NCBI GenBank assembly: GCA_004764695.1
Contig: SMSO01000014.1
Span: forward strand, 3,901,648-3,965,647
Length of the DNA stretch: 64,000 nucleotides
DNA from: Schizochytrium sp. TIO01
Lineage: Eukaryota > Protista > Bigyra: Labyrinthulomycetes
Reading direction: 5' to 3'
The notes beneath the pieces were generated by a model that saw only the letters and a program-made list of their open reading frames with translations, had not been told where the DNA came from and did no database searches. Positions within the stretch are counted from its first letter, which is position 1. Each line of letters begins with the position of its first letter. Positions 53,854-63,645 of the stretch are shown here, in pieces. The translations under genes were made by a program, and so were the position numbers.

Positions 53854-56010
53854 TTACCAGCGTCCACGACCTCCACGGCCGCCACCACGGCCACCGCGAC
53901 CGCCACGACCGCCGCGTCCACCACGGCCACCACTGCGACCTGCGCTAAATCCGCCGCCGCCACCACCTCCGCGGGTGGGCTTGGACTGGAGCTCGGGGAG
54001 TTCAGTGACGTACTTGAGGTTGTCGTTTCCGTCCTTGATGGCCTTGTCAAGGTCCTTTTGATACTTGGACTCCATGTCAAAGACGGCTCCCTTAGTGTCG
54101 GCGAGGAGCTGCATTCCGCGGAGTCCCTCCACAGCGGCTGGGGGGAGAACACGGCGGAGTGCGGTCCAGACGTAGCCGAGGCCATAGAGTTCCTTCTCGT
54201 TCGAGTCGAACTGTACGGTGACGTAGCCTTCTGCACTCTGGAGAAGCGAGCGCGGCTTGAGAGTATCAGTGTCACTGAAACCAGTGATGTCAGCAAGCGC
54301 AGCAGCGAGGGCATCCTTAGCTCCAATCTCCTCAATAAGCTGCTCTGCAGACTCATAAAAGTGCTCAAAGACCTTGGTGTCCATGTTTGCAAGGCGCTCA
54401 GCGGCCTGGTGGGCGGCGGACTTGAGAAGGTCAATAGGCTGCGGTGCTCCGATACGGCGAAGAGTGTTTCCAGTGCCGCGTTCGAGCTGCTTGATGAGGT
54501 CAGTTTCTTGATGCTTGAAGAGAGTGATGCAGTGTCCACTGCGTCCTGCACGGCCGGTACGTCCGGATCTGTGCACATAGGTCTCCACGTCGGCCTTTCC
54601 TGAGAAGGATCCCGCCGGCGGCTGGAGCTGGATGACGAGATCGACACCCTTAATGTCAAGTCCACGAGCGGCAACATCTGTAGCAATGAGCACGTGGAAC
54701 CTGTTGTTGCGGAATCCTGCGAGGGTGATCTCGCGCTGTCCCTGTGCAATATCTCCATGGAGGACCTTGGCCTCGTGGGAAAGATCCTTGTCTACAACAA
54801 GCTCATTGCACTCCTTCTTGGTCTGGCAGAAGATAATGGTGCGGCCATTGTTGCGCACATTTCCGTACATGCGGATCAGATCATCAACGATCTTTCCGCG
54901 CACATGCCACGGGCACATGAGGCACAAGTGCTCCACATCTGAGGATGCCTTCTTGTCCTCGTTTCCAATGAGATCAACTGTGACGGGGTTCTTCATCTTG
55001 GTTCTGGCCACATCCGCCACCCAGGAGGGCAGAGTTGCGGAGAAGAGAAGAGTTTGAAGGGGTGCTTGGTTTCCGCTGTTGGCCCGTTGTTCGTCAATGC
55101 CAGAGAAGACCTTGTTCATCTCATCCTGGAAGCCCATGTCGAGCATCTGGTCGGCCTCATCGAGGATAAGAAACTGCACGCGGTCCAGCTTAAGGTTTCC
55201 GCGCTCGATGTGATCGCAGATACGGCCTGGGGTTCCTACAACACAGTCAAGACCGTTGTACATAGAGCGTGCCTGGGCTCCGATGGGAGCACCACCGTAG
55301 ACAGTGCAGGTCTCAAGGTGAGGGCCGGTGGTCTCAAACTCACGAGCGACCTGGATGGCGAGCTCACGGGTGGGAGCCATAATGAGGATGGCAGGGCCAC
55401 GACCACGAGTGCGGCAGTCGACCTTGAGGCGGTCAAGGAGTTCGACAACGGGCAGAGCGAAGGCAAGAGTCTTACCGCAGCCGGTGTGGGCACGGCCGAT
55501 GACGTCCTTTCCAGAGACAATGTGCGGGAAGGACATGGCTTGGATCTCGAAGAGCGAGTTCACACCGCGCTTCTCGAGGGCATCGCGTGTACGCGGAGAG
55601 AGGTCAAACTCATCGAGGGAGAACTGCTTGATGGAGGTCTTGTTCTCTTCGTCTTCCTCTGCCTGGAGTTGCTCCTTGGTCTTGCGAAGGGTTGGCTTCT
55701 TCTTGGAGGCAGCACCACTGTTAAGCTTCGAGCGCTTGCCCGAGTTCAAGTCGGTGTCAGAGTCGTTGCCGTTGTTCAAGCCGTTCTGAAGATCCTCGTC
55801 GTCGGAGGTATCGTCGTCGCGCTTGCGCTTGTTCTTCTTTTCCTTTTTGTCCTTCTTCTCCTTCTTCTCCTTCTTCTCCTTCTTTTCCTTCTTCTCCTTC
55901 TTCTTGAGTGCCTTCTCCTCGGCCTCGAGCTTCTCAAAGCTGCGAGTGCGAGGCCGCGAGGGCTCAGAATCCGTCATGGTGTCGGGGTCCACTTCGCGCG
56001 GAGGACTCAT
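53854..56010 (-). CDS. DDX21: Nucleolar DEAD-box RNA helicase, DDX21/DDX50 (RH7) family, with GUCT domain and RGG tail
   Basis: Q motif LFEIQ, TGCGKT, PTRELA, TPGR, DEADQMLDMGF, SAT, HGDIAQ.QRE, HRSGRTGRAGR, RSLL...GYVT (GUCT), KKEKKE N-terminus and RGG C-terminus. Confidence 0.93.
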   Translation of the reverse strand: MSPPREVDPDTMTDSEPSRPRTRSFEKLEAEEKALKKKEKKEKKEKKEKKEKKDKKEKKNKRKRDDDTSDDEDLQNGLNNGNDSDTDLNSGKRSKLNSGAASKKKPTLRKTKEQLQAEEDEENKTSIKQFSLDEFDLSPRTRDALEKRGVNSLFEIQAMSFPHIVSGKDVIGRAHTGCGKTLAFALPVVELLDRLKVDCRTRGRGPAILIMAPTRELAIQVAREFETTGPHLETCTVYGGAPIGAQARSMYNGLDCVVGTPGRICDHIERGNLKLDRVQFLILDEADQMLDMGFQDEMNKVFSGIDEQRANSGNQAPLQTLLFSATLPSWVADVARTKMKNPVTVDLIGNEDKKASSDVEHLCLMCPWHVRGKIVDDLIRMYGNVRNNGRTIIFCQTKKECNELVVDKDLSHEAKVLHGDIAQGQREITLAGFRNNRFHVLIATDVAARGLDIKGVDLVIQLQPPAGSFSGKADVETYVHRSGRTGRAGRSGHCITLFKHQETDLIKQLERGTGNTLRRIGAPQPIDLLKSAAHQAAERLANMDTKVFEHFYESAEQLIEEIGAKDALAAALADITGFSDTDTLKPRSLLQSAEGYVTVQFDSNEKELYGLGYVWTALRRVLPPAAVEGLRGMQLLADTKGAVFDMESKYQKDLDKAIKDGNDNLKYVTELPELQSKPTRGGGGGGGFSAGRSGGRGGRGGRGGRGGRGGGRGGRGRW

Positions 56011-56506
56011 AACAAGCGAAGGCTGGCGCTGTGAGCGAGCGAGCGAGCGAACGAGCGAGTGAGGGGAAAGAGGAACGGTGAGTGGTGGCGTCGCCGGTGA
56101 GTTCCGGTTTTGGCCACTCGCTCTCCCTTTTCTGATTCTTCTTCTTTCTTTCCTGTTTCTTCTTTCTGTATTCCCTTCTTTTCTTGGTTGGTTTGCAGAT
56201 GACGATGACTGGTGGCGGAATCGAGCGAGACCAACCAGCCATTCCGAGAGGGGGCATATAGGGAGTCTTTGAACCGAAACCGCAGAACACTTTTATTGAA
56301 ATACCTTTAAATAGGTTAGAGAGTTACATGAAACGGACTATGAGAGGTGCAGGGTGAGCCTTTCTGGACCTCGGCATCCTGGCACCTCTAACTCACTGAG
56401 TTGGTGTGGAGGAATGAATGTGAATGCGAGAGCTGCGTGGGCGAGTGATGATGCGCGGGTTTGAAGGCAATTCTTGCGATGTTCAGTAGATGTGGAGAAG
56501 AATGCG

Positions 56507-59500
56507 TTAACGCAGAGGTGGCAGCTTTGCAGAGGCAGATCTGCTCGCGGAGGATGTTGATGACACAGGTTTCGAGACCCCGGGCAGACCGTGTAACGCT
56601 TGTTTCTTATTTTTCTTGTTAGTGCTAGTAGGAGTGCTAACCTCGTTGCTGTTATTCTTCTTCTTCGTTTCGTGAGGCTGCTGCTGTTTTTTGAGGCGCC
56701 GCTGCGAACTGCGGGCCTCTCCACAAGACTCCTCACGCGTTGAGGTGGACATCTGTGAACGAGCGTCGTCGTCGTCGTCATCGTCATTATTGGCAGTGAT
56801 GTTTGCACCAGCGGCACCAGAGCGCTTCTTCTTGACCTTGCTGGTGTTGGTCTTGGGCAGTGAGGCAAGAAGGGCGTTTTCTTGTCTTCGCTCTTGTTTT
56901 CTCTGGCTGCAGTTCTTGCCATTGCCATCTCCAGTACTCGTATCGATTACTCTGGATCGTAGCAAGCGCCTTGAAGCTATGCCATTATTCTCATCGTCAT
57001 CACCATCAGAATCATTGTGGTGTACTTGAGCTGCAATTGCTGGGTCTCCGAGTTCATCCCAGTGCTTTTCATCAAATTCATAACCGTGAGCACTATGATC
57101 ATCACCTGCGCAAGATGAAGAAGGAGAAGAAGAACCAGTGATGTCTTGCCGCTCCTGTCTTCGTAGCCGACGCAGTCGCTTAAAGAGAACTGCGGTGGCT
57201 CGATCAAAAAGCTGATGCTCCGTCTGCGGACCTTCGCTTCCATAGCTCTGCAAGGATGCTGACATGCTTGTGCCCGACGTGGACAGAGTGTCGGCGCTTT
57301 TTACGCTGTCAAGTCTTGTCATGCTACGCGTCTGTTGATATGAACTTGTATGTGGATCGGATAGCGATTGTGATTGAGATGATTGCGATCGCTGCAAGAA
57401 CTTACTCGCGATGTGCGGAGCCAGAGTTGGCAAAAGTTCTCGGACCTTAGCCTGTTTGTCTTCCTGTGAATGCTTTAGGTTCACAAGGGAATTTAAAGGT
57501 TTCGAAATAGTCTCTGCAAAGACATCTAATGTACCGCGGAGAGAACCATCTTGGGCACTGAGAATACGCAGAACTCCGGAGTCATTGCCAACTAGAACCA
57601 GTTCCTCTGGCTGAATTATTGTCAATGTGTTAACGCTTGATCCGGGTGACACTGTTATTGGTGTATGGTTGGCAGACAAAGCAGGAGGGCTTGAAACCCA
57701 GAGGCTCTTAATAACGACGCCCGAGAATTGGTCCAATGGCGTTGTCGCAAGGCTCCGCTGGATGTCTTGCACTCGCGTCGCCTGCCGAGCCATACGATTC
57801 CCACGGTAGGTCGTAACTCGCACAGGCATCTTTACATGAGGAATGCTAGACTTGAGACCAAAACATACTACCTCTCCAGTCTCAAACCCTACAAGAAGCT
57901 CATCTCGGCCCTGGACGCAGAGACTTGTTGGCCCTGCATGCAGCTGGAACCTGGCAATACGGCCAAAAATACGGTGTCTGTCTTCACCTCCCACCACCCA
58001 CAAATTAAGTGTCTTCGAAACGCTGTCAATCCCAGCAAGCAAAGGTGTTATACCAGAATTTACATACGCGAGAGCCGTGAATTGACTCTCGGGTTCTGCC
58101 CGGCAAACACCAATGAGGCGTACGAACTCCAAGTCCCAGATGCAAATTACTCCTTTTGTACTTCCTGTGAGAGTTGTTTCAGGTTTTTCAAAAGGTGCAC
58201 CAGACGAAGAAGAAGGTCGCGATGGGTACTCTGGTCTTTCATAGCTTTCTACTTCTTTACACATTCCTAATCTCTTTTCTTTTGCAACTGAAGCAAGCCC
58301 TTCTCGGACTTGCTCCTCCTTGACTCTTTTCCCTGTTTCCTTTGGACCTTTTTGGTCTACCTGATTTTCCAGGTGACTTTTTAATTCCTCTTCTTCTTCG
58401 TCTTCTTGGTCCTTTAGTCCCCGTGGTTCTTCTTCTTTGAATATCTCAAGTTTCTTTGCAACATATGCAAAGTCTTCGAAGTGTTGCTGGAATGGAGGCG
58501 ATTGAGGCCGTGAACTTATATCACGTTGCTCCGCAAAGGTAGCGATCTGTTTCAGATGAAAGCTTACAGCTGACGAAAGCACATCGTGACACGTAGACTC
58601 ATCGTCGCTCTCTCCGAGAAAAATTGAGCGCAATTTGACAGAATGTTTGCTTGCGGTATATCCTACTCGATCCGCTTCATCGGAAATATGAATCGCGCCG
58701 CCCCATGAAGTTGTGACAACCAGGCGGTCTTTGTTGCACGCACAAAAGTGTGACGACGTCACTGGTGCGTGCGTTGGATGGGGGTCAAGCTCCTTGATGA
58801 GCGCACCATTCATGAGATTATAAATAAAGAGTTCGCCATATTCATTTCCGATGACTAGCTTTCTCTCGCGATCATCAAGACAGGCCGTCGTGATATCTCG
58901 TTTGTCAGATTCTGGGATACTAAGCACCGGCACTCGCTCACCGGTACGCACATCCCACAAGGCAACTTCTCGTTTCGTGACTGTCACGACACAGGCCATC
59001 GTACGATTCAGTGTGGCCATAATGATTGGGGACCGTTCCCTTTCTGCTGGAACCAACGAATACATTTCATCTTTTCCGTGCATTGCCTCCAAAGTCACAA
59101 TCTTGTCCTGCAAAGTAATAACCTTCGTGCAACCGAGCTGTATCACTTGCACGCATTCATAATCACAGCTAGCATTCCACAAGCGAGTCTCGCCGGACAA
59201 ATCACACGTCAATGCATAACTGCCTTGCATCACCAACGTGGCAAAAGTCGTAGGATGCTCATGACCCAAAAGGTAATGGGTACATCTAACATCTGTGTAT
59301 GAATTGGAAACTTTCCATACTTGAGCACAGGCGTCTAAGGGTTTGGATATATGACCCCCGAACTGTGGTTTTGGTGCTGTCACTAGCGTAGCCACAACAG
59401 TCTCAGGTTTGGCTCGAGTCCAAAAAGAAGACCATGCTGCCTCGTCAGTGGGAACAAATGACTTTGCGTGAAGTGCCATAACGCCCGAAGAATGGGCCAC

Positions 59501-60382
59501 AACAGCACCAATACGCTCTGCAGTATCAATGTTCCATATTGACACACTCCCATCCTCCGAAGCAGCCGCCAAGTGCTCATGCGTAAGGAATTGAAGCTCC
59601 GTAATTAGTTTGTGATGCCAGACTAGTCTCCTGGGTTCTGTTTCTAAGAGTGCTCCTGTCCTAGGCCTCCTTTTGAAAACTGAAATAACATGTCCTTTCG
59701 CGTCACCTCGCCCTGTTCCTACCGTGCATAGTTGTTCTGAGACTGGATGCCAACGAAGAATACGCTGTCCGCTTAGTGTACTAATTTGCTCCACCTGCCC
59801 TATGACACCCTCTAGTGTGAAACTTGAAAGGAAAAATTTGTCTCTATGTGATGAAGCAACGACAGCCATGTTAATACTCTTCAGGTGGCAGCCTGCGACC
59901 ACCTGGTGAGAGATGAAGTTACTTGTAACGCGTACTGATAGCAGAGGCCGCAAACGATTTTCCCGTAGACGATGAATTCTCAGCTGGTCAGAATTCGCTT
60001 CGACTGCACACAATGATCCACTAAAATCGCAAGCGAGTGCTGAGATGGCTCTTCGCTGTAGATTGATACGCATGCTTGCATCAGGTACTGGTTTCAGCTG
60101 AAAGTTATCTGATTCATTGCGCCGAATATCTTGCGCATGGTTGAGCTCGATAATAAATGCTACAAACTCGCCCCAGTGCACTTCTGTGTCTCCATTTGCA
60201 TCAATTTGGTTGAACAACTCGAGCGCCTGTCCCACTACTTCTTCTTTTGTCAAGCCATTGGGTGTCACGTTTGCGCAGATGATTTCCACGAATCTATCAA
60301 CTTTAATGCGATCCTCCTGGTTGAATGCCTTCTGTAACCTTTTTACAGAGCGATTGTCGATGCGCATTAACAGGTCCGACAT
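56507..60382 (-). CDS. EF-hand + WD40 repeat protein (WDR49/WDR64-like architecture)
   Basis: ELFNQIDANGDTEVHWGEFVAF EF-hand; multiple WD40 repeats (ASEDGSVSIWN, LLGHEH, DLSGETRLWN, LDDRERKLVIGNEYGELFIYNLMNG); low-complexity basic tail. Confidence 0.85.
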   Translation of the reverse strand: MSDLLMRIDNRSVKRLQKAFNQEDRIKVDRFVEIICANVTPNGLTKEEVVGQALELFNQIDANGDTEVHWGEFVAFIIELNHAQDIRRNESDNFQLKPVPDASMRINLQRRAISALACDFSGSLCAVEANSDQLRIHRLRENRLRPLLSVRVTSNFISHQVVAGCHLKSINMAVVASSHRDKFFLSSFTLEGVIGQVEQISTLSGQRILRWHPVSEQLCTVGTGRGDAKGHVISVFKRRPRTGALLETEPRRLVWHHKLITELQFLTHEHLAAASEDGSVSIWNIDTAERIGAVVAHSSGVMALHAKSFVPTDEAAWSSFWTRAKPETVVATLVTAPKPQFGGHISKPLDACAQVWKVSNSYTDVRCTHYLLGHEHPTTFATLVMQGSYALTCDLSGETRLWNASCDYECVQVIQLGCTKVITLQDKIVTLEAMHGKDEMYSLVPAERERSPIIMATLNRTMACVVTVTKREVALWDVRTGERVPVLSIPESDKRDITTACLDDRERKLVIGNEYGELFIYNLMNGALIKELDPHPTHAPVTSSHFCACNKDRLVVTTSWGGAIHISDEADRVGYTASKHSVKLRSIFLGESDDESTCHDVLSSAVSFHLKQIATFAEQRDISSRPQSPPFQQHFEDFAYVAKKLEIFKEEEPRGLKDQEDEEEEELKSHLENQVDQKGPKETGKRVKEEQVREGLASVAKEKRLGMCKEVESYERPEYPSRPSSSSGAPFEKPETTLTGSTKGVICIWDLEFVRLIGVCRAEPESQFTALAYVNSGITPLLAGIDSVSKTLNLWVVGGEDRHRIFGRIARFQLHAGPTSLCVQGRDELLVGFETGEVVCFGLKSSIPHVKMPVRVTTYRGNRMARQATRVQDIQRSLATTPLDQFSGVVIKSLWVSSPPALSANHTPITVSPGSSVNTLTIIQPEELVLVGNDSGVLRILSAQDGSLRGTLDVFAETISKPLNSLVNLKHSQEDKQAKVRELLPTLAPHIASKFLQRSQSSQSQSLSDPHTSSYQQTRSMTRLDSVKSADTLSTSGTSMSASLQSYGSEGPQTEHQLFDRATAVLFKRLRRLRRQERQDITGSSSPSSSCAGDDHSAHGYEFDEKHWDELGDPAIAAQVHHNDSDGDDDENNGIASRRLLRSRVIDTSTGDGNGKNCSQRKQERRQENALLASLPKTNTSKVKKKRSGAAGANITANNDDDDDDDARSQMSTSTREESCGEARSSQRRLKKQQQPHETKKKNNSNEVSTPTSTNKKNKKQALHGLPGVSKPVSSTSSASRSASAKLPPLR

Positions 60383-60811
60383 AGTCAAGACCGTCCAGCT
60401 CCCTTCTCACCCTTTCTGTCTAGAGGTGATAAAGCTTCACCGCTTCCTTACTTCTGAAAACCTGGTCGCATAATTCCAAGACCCTTTACCTTATTGCCTC
60501 GTTCGCCCTGTTCGCTTGAGACCTCTGTTCTCAAGATGCACATGTTTTACATATTTTGTAAACATCATCTTAGCCGTTGGTACTTCTATGGTCTTTCAAG
60601 ACTTACATTATTATTTATTGTTATTTTTAAATTAAAAAAGTTTTCTTAATTTATATATATTTATTTATTTAATCAAAATAACACCGTGTCTACTTCGAAG
60701 TTCTCTTTGGTGACTAATAAAATATGAAGTACAAGAATAAATACATGTGAAATTCAAACACTAGGCAGTAGCTACAGTTATCTATGCCATTAATGCCCAG
60801 AATTTCTCTCT

Positions 60812-60939
60812 ACCCCTTTCAGAATCTTCAAAACTTGCATTTCCTGTATAAGGCCCAATCGCGGGTTGAAACCTAACACGCGACCCAAAGACAATCTCTT
60901 AATCATGTCCTTGGATAGGTAGCGCAAAAGGATGCCTCT
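60812..60939 (-). ncRNA. Putative omegaRNA scaffold of the non-autonomous copy
   Basis: 38/39-nt and 15/15-nt blocks identical to the intact element's 3' end; hairpin TCGCGTGTT/AACCCGCGA (60859-60883) retained. Confidence 0.5.
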
Positions 60940-61432
60940 GGCGGTGTGGATATCGCAATCGTCTTCATGTTCGATTTTTTGGGGGATAGTTGGAAACCTT
61001 GGATGTTCCGAACTTGTTATGGATGGTACGACATTCATTGCATGGTTTTGAAGCTCAGTCCTCTTGGGAAATAACCAGTTTACACCACTGCCGGGGGAAC
61101 GCTCGGTCCTGCGAATGAACGAGCTAGAGGTCACCAATCTGGCATTTGGCATTCTCGTTTTGCTCGGCGAAGGACACTCTGGCGTAGATAATGACACGGT
61201 CAGTGCTGCGTTGCTCGCCGGAGCAAACCGCAGCCACAGATGTGCCCCAGCATCGTCACCTGCGTATGTGCGATTGTCTATGGGGAGCCCCAAAGGGTAC
61301 TTGCTGAGACGCCAAACTTCTGGTTGAAGTAGTACCTCGCTGGCTTAAGTATTGCAGGTTTGCTTCACTTGAGGTCTTTGGAGTTTGGTGGTTCCTTGGC
61401 CATTCCATTTTCTTACCTAACCTCCACTTCTT
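60812..61432 (-). mobile_element. Non-autonomous, internally deleted and diverged copy of the adjacent IS607/Fanzor2 element, in inverted orientation
   Basis: The reverse complement aligns to about 61644-62036 (tnpA 5' part: MEWPRNHQTPKTSSEANLQY and IYARVS, then frameshift and stop) and jumps near 61077 to about 63463-63730 (Zn finger, DIHTARGILLRYLSKDMI, 3' non-coding end). About 1.4 kb is deleted. Ends are approximate. Confidence 0.88.
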
Positions 61433-61667
61433 GACAAAGACCTGAACAATGAATTATAAGATATCATCATTTGTATGTTGTACTGTTTCATAGGGACAGT
61501 GCTACTAGCTACGAGTCAAGCAGTCGAAACTTGCAGCAGTATATTTTTAGAGCTATAACAAAAAACGTTAAAAGTTCGATAACTTATATTTCGATGTGAT
61601 TGTTTCATATTAACCATATATTATGTTTAGTTAGATTATTAATAAGAAGTAGAGGTTAGATAAGAAA

Positions 61668-62366
61668 ATGGGGAGGCCGAGGAACCGACAAGCTCCAAAC
61701 ACTGCAAGTGGAGCAAACCTCGAATACAAACCAGCAAAGTTCTTTCACCGGAAGTTTGGGGTCTCAGCAAGCGCCCTTCGGGGCTGGGCCGACGGCGGAC
61801 GCGTGCGCTTCGCGCGCTTCCCCGGAGGCAAGCGCATCTATGCCAGCGACGATGTTGAGCGCATCTTTGATTGCGGTTCCACCGGCCGCGAGCAACGCAG
61901 CTCTGGATGTACCGTTATCTACGCCAGAGTGTCCTCGGTCAAGCAAAAGGAGGACCTCGAACGCCAGGTTGGCGATCTCCAGCGCGTCTACCCAGATGCT
62001 TCCGCCGTCTACAAAGACATCGGTAGCGGGGTCAATTTCAAACGCCAAGGTCTGTGCTCCCTACTGGACGCCTGTGACCGCGGCGGAATCGGCCAAGTTG
62101 TGGTCATGCACCGCGACCGACTTGCGCGAATCGCAGTCGACCTCTTGGAACACCTTTTCGAAAGAAAAAATGTCAAACTCGTGGTACACGGCCAAGATGC
62201 ACATGCCGGAGACTCAGACACCTTCACCAAAGACCTCCTCGGAATCATCACCGTCTTTGTGGCATCGCATCACGGAAAACGAGCAGCGCAAAATAGACGG
62301 CGACGACGCAGCGAGGAAGAAGCGAGCTCGCACGAAGGCGCGCAAGACCATCAAGAAAGAATATAA
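61668..62366 (+). CDS. tnpA: IS607-family serine recombinase/transposase TnpA (N-terminal MerR-like HTH + resolvase catalytic domain)
   Basis: FGVSASALRGWADGG......PGGKRIY HTH; IYARVSSVKQKEDLERQ (catalytic Ser codon 61932-61934); DIGSGVNFKRQGL; HRDRLAR; DLLGIITVF.....GKR. Confidence 0.95.
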   Translation: MGRPRNRQAPNTASGANLEYKPAKFFHRKFGVSASALRGWADGGRVRFARFPGGKRIYASDDVERIFDCGSTGREQRSSGCTVIYARVSSVKQKEDLERQVGDLQRVYPDASAVYKDIGSGVNFKRQGLCSLLDACDRGGIGQVVVMHRDRLARIAVDLLEHLFERKNVKLVVHGQDAHAGDSDTFTKDLLGIITVFVASHHGKRAAQNRRRRRSEEEASSHEGAQDHQERI

Positions 62367-63645
62367 CCTTGTCCGTGCCAGAAAGGTTAGGGTATATCCT
62401 ACTAAAGATCAACGTACACAGTTGCTTAAATGGTTTGGTGTCACTAGAAGAGCCTACAATATTGGCGTTGCGTTTCACCGAGACATGGCGAAGGGCGAGG
62501 AAGAAGCCATCAAATTGCATCAAGAAGCGTGCATCAAAAAGGATCCCAAGACGAAGCAGGATTTAGTAGATGAAGATGGGAATCCCCAAACGTATGGTGC
62601 CCTCTATGGAGAAAAGAAAGCCGTTCGATCTAAAGAAAGGAATGGTGCTCCTGAATGGGTTCTCGAGGTCCCACAGGCTATCCGTGATTCCGGGATTCTG
62701 GATTTCTTCAAGGCTATTAACTCGGGACGAGCCAAAAACGAAGAACTCGCTGTACAAAAGAAAGTCCATGAGCGATCTTTCTATAAGTTTCGGAGCAAGC
62801 GTGATGAATCACAGATTTTCGAAGTGAATGCACGTACCTGGAATGCGAAGAAATCAAAGACCTCCGACTTTCTTAAAAAATTCCGAACACGTAAAGAAAA
62901 GTTCCCCGACCAGATTTCGAACGCCATGCGTGTGCAAATGAATCGCCTTGGGCATGTCTACTTCTGCTTCTTACGAGAAGAAAAAAAGCGTCCAATGGAC
63001 CAGGCACCCAAGGCGCACCATGGTGTCATTGCTCTAGACCCGGGTGTTCGCTCGTTTCAGACGATGTATGACGCCGATGGCCGCGCCATTGAATGGGGCA
63101 CAGGGAAAGATTTTAGAACCATATTCTATCTCTGTCGCCGCGTTGATAAGATCCAAAGCAGCATTGATAAAAAGAAAACTGCATCCAGTGATAAAGACAA
63201 TTTCAACACCCCCTTGAAGCGCGCCTTCTATCGCGCCCAACTCAAGATCAAGAACAAGATCACTGAGATTCACCGCAAGCTCGCGCTTTGGCTTTGTGAA
63301 AACTATCGTGTTATTCTCTTGCCCAAATTCGAAACCTCTAAGATGAGCAGGAGGATGGAGCGACGGATATCCAAGAAGTCTGTTCGAATGATGTGTCGTT
63401 GGTCCCATTTTGGGTTTCGCCAGGCTCTCATTCATAAGGCTGAGATGTTCCCGTGGTGCAAGCTTGTTCTTTGCCAAGAAAGTTACACTTCCAAAACATG
63501 CAATGAGTGTGGTACCCTCCACCATAACCTCGGGGCATCCAAGATTTTCCAATGCCCTAATCCCAAGTGCAACCATGTAGCAGACCGTGATGTCCATGCC
63601 GCAAGAGGCATCCTTTTACGCTACCTATCCAAGGACATGATTTAA
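61840..63645 (+). CDS. tnpB: Fanzor2 / IS607 TnpB-type RNA-guided endonuclease
   Basis: KVRVYPTKDQ...LKWFGVTRRAYN; RuvC-I ALDPGVRSF (Asp 63037); RuvC-II ILLPKF with Pro at the canonical Glu position and an alternative Glu in QESYTSKTC (63478); Zn finger CNEC...CPNPKC; RuvC-III DRDVHAARGI (Asp 63589). The frame is open from 61708; candidate ATGs are 61840, 61852, 61996, 62170, 62197 and 62203. Confidence 0.93.
   Translation: MPATMLSASLIAVPPAASNAALDVPLSTPECPRSSKRRTSNARLAISSASTQMLPPSTKTSVAGSISNAKVCAPYWTPVTAAESAKLWSCTATDLRESQSTSWNTFSKEKMSNSWYTAKMHMPETQTPSPKTSSESSPSLWHRITENEQRKIDGDDAARKKRARTKARKTIKKEYNLVRARKVRVYPTKDQRTQLLKWFGVTRRAYNIGVAFHRDMAKGEEEAIKLHQEACIKKDPKTKQDLVDEDGNPQTYGALYGEKKAVRSKERNGAPEWVLEVPQAIRDSGILDFFKAINSGRAKNEELAVQKKVHERSFYKFRSKRDESQIFEVNARTWNAKKSKTSDFLKKFRTRKEKFPDQISNAMRVQMNRLGHVYFCFLREEKKRPMDQAPKAHHGVIALDPGVRSFQTMYDADGRAIEWGTGKDFRTIFYLCRRVDKIQSSIDKKKTASSDKDNFNTPLKRAFYRAQLKIKNKITEIHRKLALWLCENYRVILLPKFETSKMSRRMERRISKKSVRMMCRWSHFGFRQALIHKAEMFPWCKLVLCQESYTSKTCNECGTLHHNLGASKIFQCPNPKCNHVADRDVHAARGILLRYLSKDMI

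Noticed and set aside
54058-56034. Long plus-strand ORFs (up to 326 aa) antisense to the helicase
   Set aside because: Shadow ORFs caused by strong GC3 codon bias of the DDX21-like gene; no motifs.
60790-61293. 167-aa minus-strand ORF as a functional mini-Fanzor
   Set aside because: TTG start, mosaic of frames across the deletion, no RuvC-I/II and an out-of-frame zinc finger; treated as part of the remnant.
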